Shown here one piece after another: positions 28,490-38,653 of a stretch of DNA of 64,000 bases (position 1 is its first letter; each line of letters opens with the position of its first letter). The DNA lies in contig OZ252299.1 in NCBI GenBank assembly GCA_965250285.1, forward strand, positions 2,400,001 through 2,464,000, written 5' to 3'. The position numbers and the translations under genes were made by a program. The notes below the pieces were generated by a model, which was not told the DNA's origin, made no database searches, and saw nothing but the letters and a program-made list of their open reading frames with translations. This stretch comes from Myxococcota bacterium. Lineage in GTDB: Bacteria > Myxococcota_A > UBA9160 > UBA4427.

Positions 28490-29904
28490 GCAACGCCCGT
28501 GCATCGGCTTTCGTGCTGATCATCCTGCTGCTGACCTTCGGCGTCTATCGAACGCAAACCCAGCTTCGTCCCGACCGCACGATCGACTCGTACGGAACCA
28601 ACGGGGCCGCGTACGGCGCAGCCTACGAGCTGCTCGGCGCACTCGGAACAGAAGTGCGCCGCAACGTACGTCCGCCCACGTCTCTCGATGGAGGGCCCGA
28701 TGGCACGCCTTCGACGATCTGGTGGCTGAACGGAAGCCACCAGGTCTGCCTGGGCGAGACCGATGAGTCATGGGCGCCCCAGAGCTGGGTCGACGCCGGC
28801 GGCACGGCGATCGTCTTTCTCCAGCCCGGCAACCCGTCATGTGACGTCGTCGGGCGATTCATGCTGCCGCCCCTCTCGCTGCCGCCCGAGCCGCCCGAGA
28901 CCGATTGCCCGATCGGCGAAGACGGCGAAATCGAGCGGGCGGGCGCCGACGAGAGGGCGTTGGCAAACGAGCGCGGCGACGAGCCGGGCGACCGCACCGA
29001 GACGGCCGCGAGCGCAGACGGCGGGCTCGCCGTGGATCACGAAATCGATGCTCCGGTCGCAAGCGGGCCTAAGGGTGCGCCCGAAGACGTCGACCCCGAG
29101 CGATCGGAGCCCTGCAACGACGACGACTCGGTGCTTGCAGACCTGCGCGCCACGATCGCGAAGCCCATTGCGTCGAGCGACCCCGAGTGGATCGATGGCC
29201 CGGTCGCGCGCGCGCCGCGCGATCTCTCGATCGCCGGCCTCGCGCGCTTCGACGAGCCGAGTGACGATGGCCCGTGGCAGGTCGTCGCGCGCCTCGACGG
29301 CGATCCCTTCGTGCTCGAAGCGCGCTCGGGGGCGGGCCGCATCGTCGTCGTCGCAGATGACCGCTTCGTCACGAACCGCTATCTCGACTTCAATGACGCG
29401 TCACTGCTCGTCGTGGATCTCGCTGCCACCTACGGGCCGCCCGTCTTCGACGAGTTCTCGCACGGCTACCGCCCGGAGGGCGGCGTGTTGCCCTACCTCG
29501 CGACATCCCCGGCTTGGCCCGTGTTCGCATCGATCGTCCTGATCGGCGCGCTCGTCCTCTGGCGCGGCAGCGCGATCCCCCGCCGCGTGGTCGACGAGGC
29601 CGATCCGCGAGCACCGGCCCTCGAGCCGTTCGTCGAATCGCTGTCGAATCTATACGCTGCGTGCGCAGACCAGGCCGGCATCCTGGGTCACTACCGCGAA
29701 CAGATCGTCGACCGAGCGCGGCGTCGTCATCACCTGCCGGTGGGCACGTCGCGCAGGGACGTCCTCGAACACGCGAGCACCGCCGACCTGCCGGTCTCGT
29801 ACCTGGAGCGGGCCCTCGAAGCACCGCCGCCCGCGCGGGGGCGCCGGAGCTTCGAGCGTGAGACGGAGCGGCTCGACCAACTGCTGGAGAAGATGACCCA
29901 ATGA
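28486..29904 (+). CDS. DUF4350-type membrane-anchored protein
   Basis: N-terminal TM, SYGTNGAAYGA, GRIVVVAD..FVTN, VFDEFSHG, C-terminal TM; GTGA overlap with the upstream gene. Confidence 0.7.
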   Translation: MSNARASAFVLIILLLTFGVYRTQTQLRPDRTIDSYGTNGAAYGAAYELLGALGTEVRRNVRPPTSLDGGPDGTPSTIWWLNGSHQVCLGETDESWAPQSWVDAGGTAIVFLQPGNPSCDVVGRFMLPPLSLPPEPPETDCPIGEDGEIERAGADERALANERGDEPGDRTETAASADGGLAVDHEIDAPVASGPKGAPEDVDPERSEPCNDDDSVLADLRATIAKPIASSDPEWIDGPVARAPRDLSIAGLARFDEPSDDGPWQVVARLDGDPFVLEARSGAGRIVVVADDRFVTNRYLDFNDASLLVVDLAATYGPPVFDEFSHGYRPEGGVLPYLATSPAWPVFASIVLIGALVLWRGSAIPRRVVDEADPRAPALEPFVESLSNLYAACADQAGILGHYREQIVDRARRRHHLPVGTSRRDVLEHASTADLPVSYLERALEAPPPARGRRSFERETERLDQLLEKMTQ

Positions 29905-30905
29905 ACGACCAAGACCCGACGTCGGACGCGCCCCCCGAACCGAAGCACGGTGCGGGCGGTGTCGCTCCGACGCCCGTCGAATCGCACTTCGACCGCCTCG
30001 AGGCTGCGATCTCGCGCGTCGTCGTCGGACAGCGAGAAGCGACGCGACTCGTCTGTATCACGCTGCTGACGGGCGGCCACGCGCTGATCGAGGGGGTGCC
30101 GGGCGTCGCCAAGACCCTGCTCGTGCAGTCGTTGGCGTCTGCGTATGGCCTGCGTTTCGGCCGGGTCCAGTTCACGCCGGATCTCATGCCGTCGGACATC
30201 ATCGGCACACCGGTGCTCGACCCGACGCTGGGCGAGGTTCGGTTTCGGCCGGGCCCGGTCTTCACCGATCTACTGTTGGCCGACGAGATCAATCGAGCAT
30301 CGGCGAAGACCCAAGCGGCCCTGCTCCAGGCGATGCAGGAGGGCGTCGTCACGGTGGACGGCGCGGCGCACGACCTCGGGCCCTGGTTCACGGTGCTGGC
30401 TACCCAGAACCCGGTCGAGCACGAAGGCACCTACCCCCTGCCCGAAGCCGAGATGGACCGCTTTCTGTTCAAGATCGTGATCGACTACCCGAGCGCCGAT
30501 CACGAGCGCGAGCTGATCACGCTCCATCACGCCGGCGGTCACACGCATGACACCGTCGAGGCGGTCGTATCGAACGACGAGCTGGCCCAGATGCGCGAGA
30601 TCGTTCGAAGCGTCACGGTCGCACCCGACGTCGTCGACTACGCCGCCAATCTGGTGCGCGCGACGCGTGACGGCGTGGGTTTCGTCCTCGGCGCGTCCCC
30701 CCGAGCCGCGGTCTGGCTCGTGCGAGCAGCCAAGGCCAGTGCGGCGCTCGCCGGCCGCGACTACGTGCTGCCCGAAGACGCCCAGACCGTCTTCGTTCCG
30801 TGTCTTCGCCATCGCGTTCAGCTCGACCCGGGGTTCGAAATCGAGGGGCTGACGCCCGACGAAGCGCTCGAGCGCTGTATGCGCGGCGTGGCCGTTCCGA
30901 GGTGA
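29901..30905 (+). CDS. moxR: MoxR family AAA+ ATPase
   Basis: EGVPGVAKT Walker A, QFTPDLMPSD, LLADEINRA, ATQNPVEHEGTYPLPEAEMDRF, GASPRA. Confidence 0.96.
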   Translation: MNDQDPTSDAPPEPKHGAGGVAPTPVESHFDRLEAAISRVVVGQREATRLVCITLLTGGHALIEGVPGVAKTLLVQSLASAYGLRFGRVQFTPDLMPSDIIGTPVLDPTLGEVRFRPGPVFTDLLLADEINRASAKTQAALLQAMQEGVVTVDGAAHDLGPWFTVLATQNPVEHEGTYPLPEAEMDRFLFKIVIDYPSADHERELITLHHAGGHTHDTVEAVVSNDELAQMREIVRSVTVAPDVVDYAANLVRATRDGVGFVLGASPRAAVWLVRAAKASAALAGRDYVLPEDAQTVFVPCLRHRVQLDPGFEIEGLTPDEALERCMRGVAVPR

Positions 30906-32239
30906 GCTTGTATCCGGCGCCGCGACTGATCTGGGGCGTCGCCGGCTTGACGGTCCTGGCGGCTGCGACCGTCGTCTTGCCCGCGCTCGCGCCCATGGCG
31001 TGGGCCTATGCGGTGGCCATCGTCGTGTTGGTCGTGTGGGATGCCCGCGTTCTGGTCGCTCGCGCGCGTCCCGTCGTCCTGCGACGACTGCCGCATCGAG
31101 CGTTCATCGGGCGCACGGCCCGCGCGCGCGTCGAGATCGAGGTCGCGGCAGCGACCTATCTCGACGTGCTCGAGGAGCTGCCGCGAGACGTCGCCGAAGC
31201 CGACCCGTTCTTCGAGCGTCGACCCGCGAGTCCACAGCAGCCGGTCGAGATCGAGTACGAATTGACGCCCCTGATCCGGGGCGAGCGCGCGCTGGGGCCT
31301 TCGATCACGTATGAATCGTCGTCGCTCGGACTGCTGTCGCGTCGCACCATTCACCCCCAGGAGCAGCGCCTCGACGTCTACCCCGATGTCGGCACCCTGC
31401 TGAGCGCTCACGCCCTCGACACGCGGCGCGTGCTCGCGACGCTCGGTATCCGCCCCGCGCTTCGGCGCGGAGACGGCTACGAGTTCGACTCGCTCCGAGA
31501 GCTCGGCCCGGATGACGACCCGCGTCGAATGGACTGGGCGGCATCGGCTCGCCGAGGCCGACCGATCCAGCGCATCTATCAGCGCGAAGAGAACAGCCGC
31601 GTCGTCGTGGCCCTCGATACCGGTCGACTCATGGCCGGACTGTCGAGCGGGCGATCGAAGCTGGATTTCGCCCTCGACGCAACGCTCGTACTGGCGTACG
31701 CGGCGCTCGCGTCGGGAGACCGTGTCAGCGTCGCCGCGTTCGACGACGAGCTCAGGCAATACACCGGACCGTTCGCGCATCGCAGTCAGCTGCCACAGCT
31801 GATCTCACAGATCCGCCGAATCCAGCCACGCTTCCTCGAAACCGACTACAAGACCCTGATTCGCGACCTGCGCGCACACGTTCGACAGCATTGCCTCGTG
31901 ATCGTGTTGACCGACTTCGTCGAAGCCGACCCCGAAACGAGCCGGGCGCTGGCTTTGCTCGCGGAGCGTCACCGCGTTCTGATCGTGGCCATTCGCGACC
32001 CGATCTTCAGGGATCTCGAAGGCGCGCTCAGCCACGAACCCGACGTGACCCACCGCGCCGGCGCATCGCGGGCCAAGAAGCGCGCGCTCGAGCGGCTGGT
32101 GCTCGCCGACCTTCTCAAGGATCGCGAGACGCTGCTCGCACGGCTGCGCCGCGGCGGCGTCCACACGCTCGACCTCTACCCCACCGAGATCACGGCGCCG
32201 GTGCTCAACCGTTTTCTCGAGCTGCGCCAGGCAGGATAG
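30902..32239 (+). CDS. DUF58 (VWA-like) protein
   Basis: EFDSLRE..DDPRRMDWAASAR, ALDTGRLM, VLTDF. Confidence 0.9.
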   Translation: MSLYPAPRLIWGVAGLTVLAAATVVLPALAPMAWAYAVAIVVLVVWDARVLVARARPVVLRRLPHRAFIGRTARARVEIEVAAATYLDVLEELPRDVAEADPFFERRPASPQQPVEIEYELTPLIRGERALGPSITYESSSLGLLSRRTIHPQEQRLDVYPDVGTLLSAHALDTRRVLATLGIRPALRRGDGYEFDSLRELGPDDDPRRMDWAASARRGRPIQRIYQREENSRVVVALDTGRLMAGLSSGRSKLDFALDATLVLAYAALASGDRVSVAAFDDELRQYTGPFAHRSQLPQLISQIRRIQPRFLETDYKTLIRDLRAHVRQHCLVIVLTDFVEADPETSRALALLAERHRVLIVAIRDPIFRDLEGALSHEPDVTHRAGASRAKKRALERLVLADLLKDRETLLARLRRGGVHTLDLYPTEITAPVLNRFLELRQAG

Positions 32240-33251
32240 TCTGATAGATCCAGGCCGTATCGGGACTGTCCCGCCGTGCGCGCGAATGCAGCCAGAGCAT
32301 CCCGATCGCCAACAGCCCCAACATCGAAGCCGCAACGACGAATCGGGGGGCGATGCCCAGCGTCGATTCGCGCACGAACGACTCGATCCCGGCCGCGATC
32401 AGGAAGAAGGGAATGGACAGGATCACCAGCGTCGTCGCCGATTCGACGGCGTCCCGAATGGCGAGCTTGCGCCCCGCCCGGCCGGGCGCCACCACCGCGA
32501 GTCCCAGCAGCAGCCCCCCCGCGGTGCAGAGCACGATGGCCGTGAACTCCGGGATCCCGTGCGGAAGGATCCATGCGAGGAACGGAATCGAGGTGCCACC
32601 GCGCATGAAGACCCAGCCGATCGTGCCGACGATGATCCCGTTGTAGAGAATCAGAACCACCGTGGGGACACCCGCCAAGAAGCCGAGCGCGAACGAGGTG
32701 AGCCCCACCTGGGTGTTGTGCGTGAACAAATGCGAGCCGAAGAGCGTGTTCTGATGGGCAGGGACCTCGCCGGGCTCGAGAAACTCGAGCCTGACCTCGG
32801 GATCCCGAATCAGATCATCCAGGAAGAGCCCGCTATAGCCCATCTGAGCCGGCATCAGAGTGTGAACCGACGCCACGTCCCGCGCTGACAGCCCGGCCCC
32901 CACGGCCACGCCGACACCGAGCAGACACCACGAAATCACGATGGCGCGAAAGCTGCGCCCGAGTGCCGTGGCGACGCGACTGCCGAAGCCGTCCGTCTCA
33001 TGACGACCCGACCTCGCGTTCCCGTAGAGGAACGTGTAGGCGCGCGCACAGAGCGCGTTCAGGTGCCGGATCGCGTCGGGATCGGAATCGCGATGCCGAG
33101 CGCGGGCGAGCAGGGTCGTATACTGGCGGTACAGCCGACCCAGCTCGCGGAGATCTTCGAAGGAGAGCTTGGTCGCGCCCCGCTTCTCGGAGGCGGCGAG
33201 GAGGGACTCGAACCGGTCGAGATCGACATATGCGCTGTCGATGAGCTTCAA
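32205..33251 (-). CDS. SpoIIM (stage II sporulation protein M)-like membrane protein
   Basis: LGRLYR, FTHNTQVG, ILYNG, WILPHGIPEFTAI, AAGIES; probable TTG start at 33251. Confidence 0.85.
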   Translation of the reverse strand: MKLIDSAYVDLDRFESLLAASEKRGATKLSFEDLRELGRLYRQYTTLLARARHRDSDPDAIRHLNALCARAYTFLYGNARSGRHETDGFGSRVATALGRSFRAIVISWCLLGVGVAVGAGLSARDVASVHTLMPAQMGYSGLFLDDLIRDPEVRLEFLEPGEVPAHQNTLFGSHLFTHNTQVGLTSFALGFLAGVPTVVLILYNGIIVGTIGWVFMRGGTSIPFLAWILPHGIPEFTAIVLCTAGGLLLGLAVVAPGRAGRKLAIRDAVESATTLVILSIPFFLIAAGIESFVRESTLGIAPRFVVAASMLGLLAIGMLWLHSRARRDSPDTAWIYQTILPGAARENG

Positions 33252-33382
33252 GTGTCCCCCGGATTCGCCGCGTTGACTTGCTCTCGGGTTGCCCCACTGT
33301 AGCGGTACCAGATGCGCTGTGCGGCTTCGCCGGCCCAGCGGGCTCGACTGAAGCTCCAGCTCGTTCGACCGATGAGGAACAG

Positions 33383-34276
33383 ATGACGACAAGCGACGGG
33401 ACCGATGGACTGGCCGCCGACTCCGCTGGCATCGGCCGCGCCCAGCGCGTGCTCTCACCCGAGCAGGTCGGACTCGACTTGCCGCTCGCAGGCCCCGGGC
33501 CCCGCATCCTTGCGTACGGGATCGACTACCTCCTGATTCTGGCGCTGCAGTTGATCCTCTTCTTTCTCGTCCTCCTCGTCCTGGTCGCGGAGAGTCAGAC
33601 GAACGAGGGCGGTCTGCTCAACGAGCTCTTCAGCCCGTGGCAAGAGGATTTCGAGGCCATCGGTGAGGAGCGGGCGAGCCCCGAGGTGCTCCAGTCGTTC
33701 GTGGCATTCGTCATCGGCGTGATGCTGCTCTTCCAGGTGCTCGCCGAGTGGGTCTACTTCATCTCTGCCGAGATGCTGAGCGGCGGCAGCAGCGTCGGAA
33801 AGCGGGTTCTGAAGCTCCGCGTCGTTCGAAGCGGCGGACTCCCCCTCACCTTTCGCACTTCGCTCACCCGCAACGTGCTGCGCATCGTCGACATCCTGCC
33901 CGGGCAGTACCTGGTGGGTCTCACGTCGATGGTGCTCTCCGACGAATCGCGGCGACTCGGCGACTATGCAGCCGACACCGTCGTCGTCCGGCTCGACCGC
34001 GCGACGGCCGCTCCGGAGATCGAACCGCTCAGCCCCGAGGAACACGGGCTGATCACGCTCGATCCGGCGATGCGAGCCCAGATCGGGCCGAGCGACCTGA
34101 AGCTCGCCCGCGCCACCTTGCGGCGGCAACGGGAGCTCGACGAGGATCTGGCAGAGCGGACGCTGCAGCGCGCCGTCGACGTGCTGCGCGGAAAGATCGG
34201 ATACGAAGCCGAGGTGCCCCCTTCGCAGCGCCGGTTGTTCCTGCGAACGGTGATCGACTGCGCGACCCGTCGCTGA
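33383..34276 (+). CDS. RDD family protein
   Basis: LAGPGPRILAYGID, SVGKRVLKLRVV, RNVLRIVD, RLGDYAADTVVV. Confidence 0.9.
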   Translation: MTTSDGTDGLAADSAGIGRAQRVLSPEQVGLDLPLAGPGPRILAYGIDYLLILALQLILFFLVLLVLVAESQTNEGGLLNELFSPWQEDFEAIGEERASPEVLQSFVAFVIGVMLLFQVLAEWVYFISAEMLSGGSSVGKRVLKLRVVRSGGLPLTFRTSLTRNVLRIVDILPGQYLVGLTSMVLSDESRRLGDYAADTVVVRLDRATAAPEIEPLSPEEHGLITLDPAMRAQIGPSDLKLARATLRRQRELDEDLAERTLQRAVDVLRGKIGYEAEVPPSQRRLFLRTVIDCATRR

Positions 34277-34388
34277 AACGGGCGCGGTGTCCGAAGCACA
34301 CCGCATGGCGCGGGAAGAGACCCAAAATGAAACCGCGCCACGACGATGCGGCTCGTCGTGGCGCGGCTGGCAATCCGAAGTGATCGAC

Positions 34389-37300
34389 TTACGGATTGCC
34401 GATGAAGAACGGCACCTCGTTGCTCATCAGGCCACCCGGGCTCACCACCTGCACGACGTGCAGGCCCGCGCCGCTCGGCACCGAGTCGAGCGTCAGCGTG
34501 ACGCGGCCCGAGTCGCAGAACGGCGCGAAGCTGCCACCCACGCACTGGATGTCGCCACCGACCTGCTCGCCGTCGACGATGATCGTCGAGCCCGCGACGA
34601 CATCGACCGCGTTCATCTGCATCGGGTTGTCGGCCGGTAGCACCGGCAGCAGCGGCTGGGCCTCTTCGTCGAGATCGGGGTAGATCAGCGGCTGATCGAG
34701 GTCGTAGCTCTGGATGTTCTCGCGCAGCGCCGCTGTCGCGGTGGCGACGAGTGCGCCATTGGCTGCCTGCGCACGCAGCTGCGAGCTCGTGATCGACACT
34801 CCGTCGGTCTCGTAACGGCCGTTCTCGCGGTACGACAGCAGGAACGGCGTCGTCGAACCGCCCTGGGCGTACGTGCCTTCGACCCGCAGGTTCACGAGGC
34901 CCTTCGCGTCGGCGGCTTCGAGGGCGCTCAGCAGCGCGATGGTCTGCCCCGAGTTCACGCCGTTCGTCGTCCGCGGGTTCAACGCGACCTGGCGCGCCAG
35001 CGCCCCGCTGTAGCCCGTCGAAGCCTCCTCGGTCATCTCGAAGATGTCCATCGGGCCGACGTTGTACGCGGGCTGGAAGGCCGTGAACACCGCCGCCAGC
35101 GTCGTGCGCTCGTCATAGCCGACCTCGGGATCCCAGCGCGCGCCCTCGGGCGCCGTGAAGAGATCGAAACCGATGATGCCCTCGAGAATCGACCGAATGA
35201 GCGGCAGCCGCTCTTCGCCCGCGAACTCGAGCGTGCCCCGCGCGGCGGTGATGCCGAGCGAGAAGTGGACGTAGCGATCGGTGAGGCCGCGGAGCGTCGG
35301 CGCGTCGAACGCGCCGATGACCGGCGAGTTCGTCGACGCCATCAGCGGCAGCGAGTGGCAGCCGCCCTGCCCGCACGACTTCGCATCCCCGAGGCCGAAC
35401 GCATCCTGGGCAGCCGGACCGATCAGTGAGCCCTTGTCGACGAAGAAATCTTCGAAGCCCCGCTTGGCGGCGGGCGTGAGCGAGTCATCGACCTGCCGCG
35501 AGCGCGCCGGCGGGTAGGACACGCTGCCCAGGAAGAAGGCCATCAGCTGTCGCTCTTCTTCGCTGAGACGCCCGGGCTGCCCCGACGGGCCGACACCGCA
35601 GCCGCCTTCCACGTCACACATGACGCCCGACAGGCTGGCGTCGACCAGGTCGCGGAAGCAGTCGAGGTCGTAGTCTTCGTCGTCGAGATCGCAGCTCACG
35701 CCGCCGTCGCCGTTGACACCCACCTCGCCGTTCGGCCCACCGAAAGGATCACCGAGGATCCCGTCCCAGTGCAGCGGGATGGTGTTGCGCAGCCCCCGGA
35801 TCGGCATCGTGGTGCGCGGCTCCTCGAGCTCGGAGCACGCGCCGAGGACGATCGAGCCGAGCGGATCGGTCGCCAGTGACGTTTCGAAGAAGCACGCACC
35901 CCCGATGCGCCAGAGCAGCTGATCGGTGTTGCCATCGGGATGGCAGCTCGCGCAGGCGAAGTTGCCCGAGTCAGAAGCGAAGGCGTTGTTGAAGGCGATG
36001 CGCCCGCGGCGAACGTCGTCATCCGTCGGATCGTTCCCGACCCCGATCTTGTCGACCATCACGGGCGACTCGGGATCGCTCAGGTCGACGATCGCGACCG
36101 TGTTCTCGAGGGTGTTGAGGACATAGGCCTCGTCGGGCGCGCCCGAGCCGCTCGAACGCAGGGCCACACCGCGCGGAATCTGCTGGCCGAAGGCGGCCCC
36201 CGCGCCGAGATCGGTGACCCCCAGCACGCCGCCCGACTCGGCATTGACGGTAAAGAGGCGACTCGTACCCGCGGCGGTCACCGCGAGGGTCGAACCATCA
36301 CCGCTCAGCGCGACGCCGTACGGAGTCGCCAGAGCCTTCGAGGCCGGCGTGTCGACGAAATCGAGATCCTCGATGCGGTCGGTGCCACACTCGAAGACCT
36401 CGACGGTGCGACGCCACCAGAGCCGACCCGTGGTCTCGGTTCGCGTCTCGCAGTCGATGGTCGTGATGCGGTTGTCGAACATCCGATTCTCGAGATCGAC
36501 GAGTCGCTGGCCTTCCAGGCCATTCACCGCATTGAGCGCGTCGGTGTTGGTCACCCAGACCCGCCCCGTGTCGTCCGCAGCCATGCCGTAGAGCAGCGTG
36601 CCGACGCCTTCGACCACGGCGAGGAGCTCGTCGCTCTCGGCGTCGAATACGAACACGTCGCGATCGGGGAGCTCGGGATCGACGACGATGTTCTTCTCTC
36701 GACCGGGCAGATTCGGATTCGTCACGAAGTTCACCAGGTCGAGGATCGACAGGGTGCAGGCCTCGGGCGGAAGCTGACCGAAGCCACCCACGAACGGGAT
36801 GTTCGAGAGCGGGCACGCCGAGACGGCCGTCTGGTTGTTCGACTCGAACGAGGCGACGTAGAGCCGACCGCCCGCGACCGTGAGCGCCCGCGGATCCTGC
36901 GCCGTGATGTCGAGCAGCTTGGTCACGGTTCTGCTGGCGACGTCGACGACGGCCACCTGGTTGCGCGACGAGAGCGCCACGTAGGCCTTGTCGCTCGACG
37001 CGAAGGCGATACCCACCGGCTCGTCGAACGTGGTGACCAGGTCGGGCCGCATCGACTGCACGGTGTCGACCACCGTGAAGCGCCGCGGGCTGCCGGCGGC
37101 CACGTCGATGATGCTGACGCTGTCCGAGACATGGTTCGATACCCAGACTTCGAGGCCATCGGGACGAACGGCCACCGAGACCGGCTCGAGACCGACGGGC
37201 ACCGTGGCGACGACGCTCTTCGACGCCGTATCGATGACGTCCACGGTGCCGCTCGTCGTATTGGCCACGTAGAGCCAGGCCGAATCGGGCGACAGCGCGA

Positions 37301-37451
37301 TCGGCTCGGATTGGGGGCTGGTGAACGTCTGCTCACCCACCGGCTCGTGGGGCATCCCCAGAGCTGCCGGCGCGCAGAAGCACACCGTCGACATGAGAAA
37401 TGTTGCGATTAACCCACGAATCGTGGAATTGGTGGCGGGCGCGAGTGCCAT
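34389..37451 (-). CDS. Secreted YncE/YVTN beta-propeller fused to a di-heme cytochrome c peroxidase-like domain
   Basis: Signal peptide; YVANTTSGTVDVID repeats; GRIAF, CASCH (35940-35954), RTTMPIRGL, PLHWDG, CGQGGCH (35355-35375), DAPTLRGL. Confidence 0.8.
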   Translation of the reverse strand: MALAPATNSTIRGLIATFLMSTVCFCAPAALGMPHEPVGEQTFTSPQSEPIALSPDSAWLYVANTTSGTVDVIDTASKSVVATVPVGLEPVSVAVRPDGLEVWVSNHVSDSVSIIDVAAGSPRRFTVVDTVQSMRPDLVTTFDEPVGIAFASSDKAYVALSSRNQVAVVDVASRTVTKLLDITAQDPRALTVAGGRLYVASFESNNQTAVSACPLSNIPFVGGFGQLPPEACTLSILDLVNFVTNPNLPGREKNIVVDPELPDRDVFVFDAESDELLAVVEGVGTLLYGMAADDTGRVWVTNTDALNAVNGLEGQRLVDLENRMFDNRITTIDCETRTETTGRLWWRRTVEVFECGTDRIEDLDFVDTPASKALATPYGVALSGDGSTLAVTAAGTSRLFTVNAESGGVLGVTDLGAGAAFGQQIPRGVALRSSGSGAPDEAYVLNTLENTVAIVDLSDPESPVMVDKIGVGNDPTDDDVRRGRIAFNNAFASDSGNFACASCHPDGNTDQLLWRIGGACFFETSLATDPLGSIVLGACSELEEPRTTMPIRGLRNTIPLHWDGILGDPFGGPNGEVGVNGDGGVSCDLDDEDYDLDCFRDLVDASLSGVMCDVEGGCGVGPSGQPGRLSEEERQLMAFFLGSVSYPPARSRQVDDSLTPAAKRGFEDFFVDKGSLIGPAAQDAFGLGDAKSCGQGGCHSLPLMASTNSPVIGAFDAPTLRGLTDRYVHFSLGITAARGTLEFAGEERLPLIRSILEGIIGFDLFTAPEGARWDPEVGYDERTTLAAVFTAFQPAYNVGPMDIFEMTEEASTGYSGALARQVALNPRTTNGVNSGQTIALLSALEAADAKGLVNLRVEGTYAQGGSTTPFLLSYRENGRYETDGVSITSSQLRAQAANGALVATATAALRENIQSYDLDQPLIYPDLDEEAQPLLPVLPADNPMQMNAVDVVAGSTIIVDGEQVGGDIQCVGGSFAPFCDSGRVTLTLDSVPSGAGLHVVQVVSPGGLMSNEVPFFIGNP

Positions 37452-37476
37452 TCCGGATCTCCATAGTCAGACTGTA

Positions 37477-37492
37477 TCTAACGATCGGTATA
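37477..37492. promoter_or_regulatory. Operator-like site TCTAACGATCGGTATA, 13/16 match to the palindrome at 38654
   Basis: 25 bp upstream of the beta-propeller/cytochrome start, within gactgtatctaacgatcggtatagtc. Confidence 0.55.
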
Positions 37493-37629
37493 GTCATATC
37501 GCGCACTGCGAGCGGAGATCAAGCCAAAATGTGCAGAAACGGACGGAACCCTCAGAATTCAGAGGCGATATCGGCGGGATCTGTGGCGGGGATCACCCAA
37601 GCTCCACTCAGGCCCCGGCCAGGCCCGAG

Positions 37630-38568
37630 TCAGGCGGTGATCGCTGCGTTCCAACGCTGCGCCGTCTGCGCGCGGACGGCGCCGACGCCGTCGAGCAGTC
37701 CGACGACCTCGCGCAGCCGCGCGCGGTGCCGCAACCGGCCCGGCTCGCTGCGCACCGCGCGCCGAAACTCTTCGCGTGAGACGTAGGGCGCCAGCTGCGA
37801 CGAGTAGATCAGCGGAAACAGTCTCGGCATCTTCGCCAACCCACGCAGGCCGAGGTCGGTCGCAAAATGCAGCATGCGCAGCTCTGATCGAGAGAGCTGC
37901 GGGATCGACTCCTCGAGCCAGCGCATCGCGAACGCGATGTGGCGCGCCTCTTCGACGACGTGCACCCGACCGAGCTGCTTGAGGATCGGGTGGATCCTTC
38001 CATCCTCGTCCTGAGAGAAGCTTTGAAACAGATCGTCTCCGATCGCCTCGAAGAGCAGCACGTAGACCCAGAAGATCTCGGGCCGTCGCATCGCGATGCG
38101 GGTCGCGGGGTAGGAGAGCCAGGGGATGAAACGGCCAAAGCGGGGCAGATCGCTGGCGCCGAAGGTTCGGATGTCGTTGTTCAGCAGCACCCATGCGTTG
38201 AACATGGCCATGTGCTGACACTCTTCGGCCACCTCGTGGAGCAGGTATCGCCACGACGGGTCGTACTGGTCGGTCCGCCACATCAGCGCCAGCGCCCCCT
38301 GGTTCAGCAGGTGCTCGCCGAACCCGGCGTTGCGCATCATCTGCGTGACCTCCCACCGCGTGACGAAGCTCTTCTCGGCATCGTCGAGTCGCCCCCACAC
38401 CGAGGTGCCCTCGAGAAACGAAAGGCCCCGGGGCATGTAGCGGTAGGCGTCGGTACACGGGACGTCCCAGTCGATCACGTCGCGGTCGAAGGGATAGAAG
38501 CGCTTGCGCGCGCTGGCCTTGTTCAGGCGGTCGGCAAAGGCGGCAGGAACGGGCGGATCGGTCAGCAT
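37630..38568 (-). CDS. AurF/CmlI-type diiron oxygenase (ferritin-like)
   Basis: IDWD, GEHLL, HEVAEECQH, FEAIGD, VHVVEEARH diiron ligand motifs; start at ATG 38568. Confidence 0.88.
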   Translation of the reverse strand: MLTDPPVPAAFADRLNKASARKRFYPFDRDVIDWDVPCTDAYRYMPRGLSFLEGTSVWGRLDDAEKSFVTRWEVTQMMRNAGFGEHLLNQGALALMWRTDQYDPSWRYLLHEVAEECQHMAMFNAWVLLNNDIRTFGASDLPRFGRFIPWLSYPATRIAMRRPEIFWVYVLLFEAIGDDLFQSFSQDEDGRIHPILKQLGRVHVVEEARHIAFAMRWLEESIPQLSRSELRMLHFATDLGLRGLAKMPRLFPLIYSSQLAPYVSREEFRRAVRSEPGRLRHRARLREVVGLLDGVGAVRAQTAQRWNAAITA

Positions 38569-38653
38569 GAGTGCGGCTCCCCTCGGCGGGTGCAACGCCC
38601 CACCCTGCTCAGGCGGGAAGCGGGCCTCACCGATTCCTTGGACGCAGTCCGAA

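Noticed and set aside
32205..33251. Sporulation function for the SpoIIM-like gene
   Set aside because: Family name only; the context is the MoxR/RDD cluster
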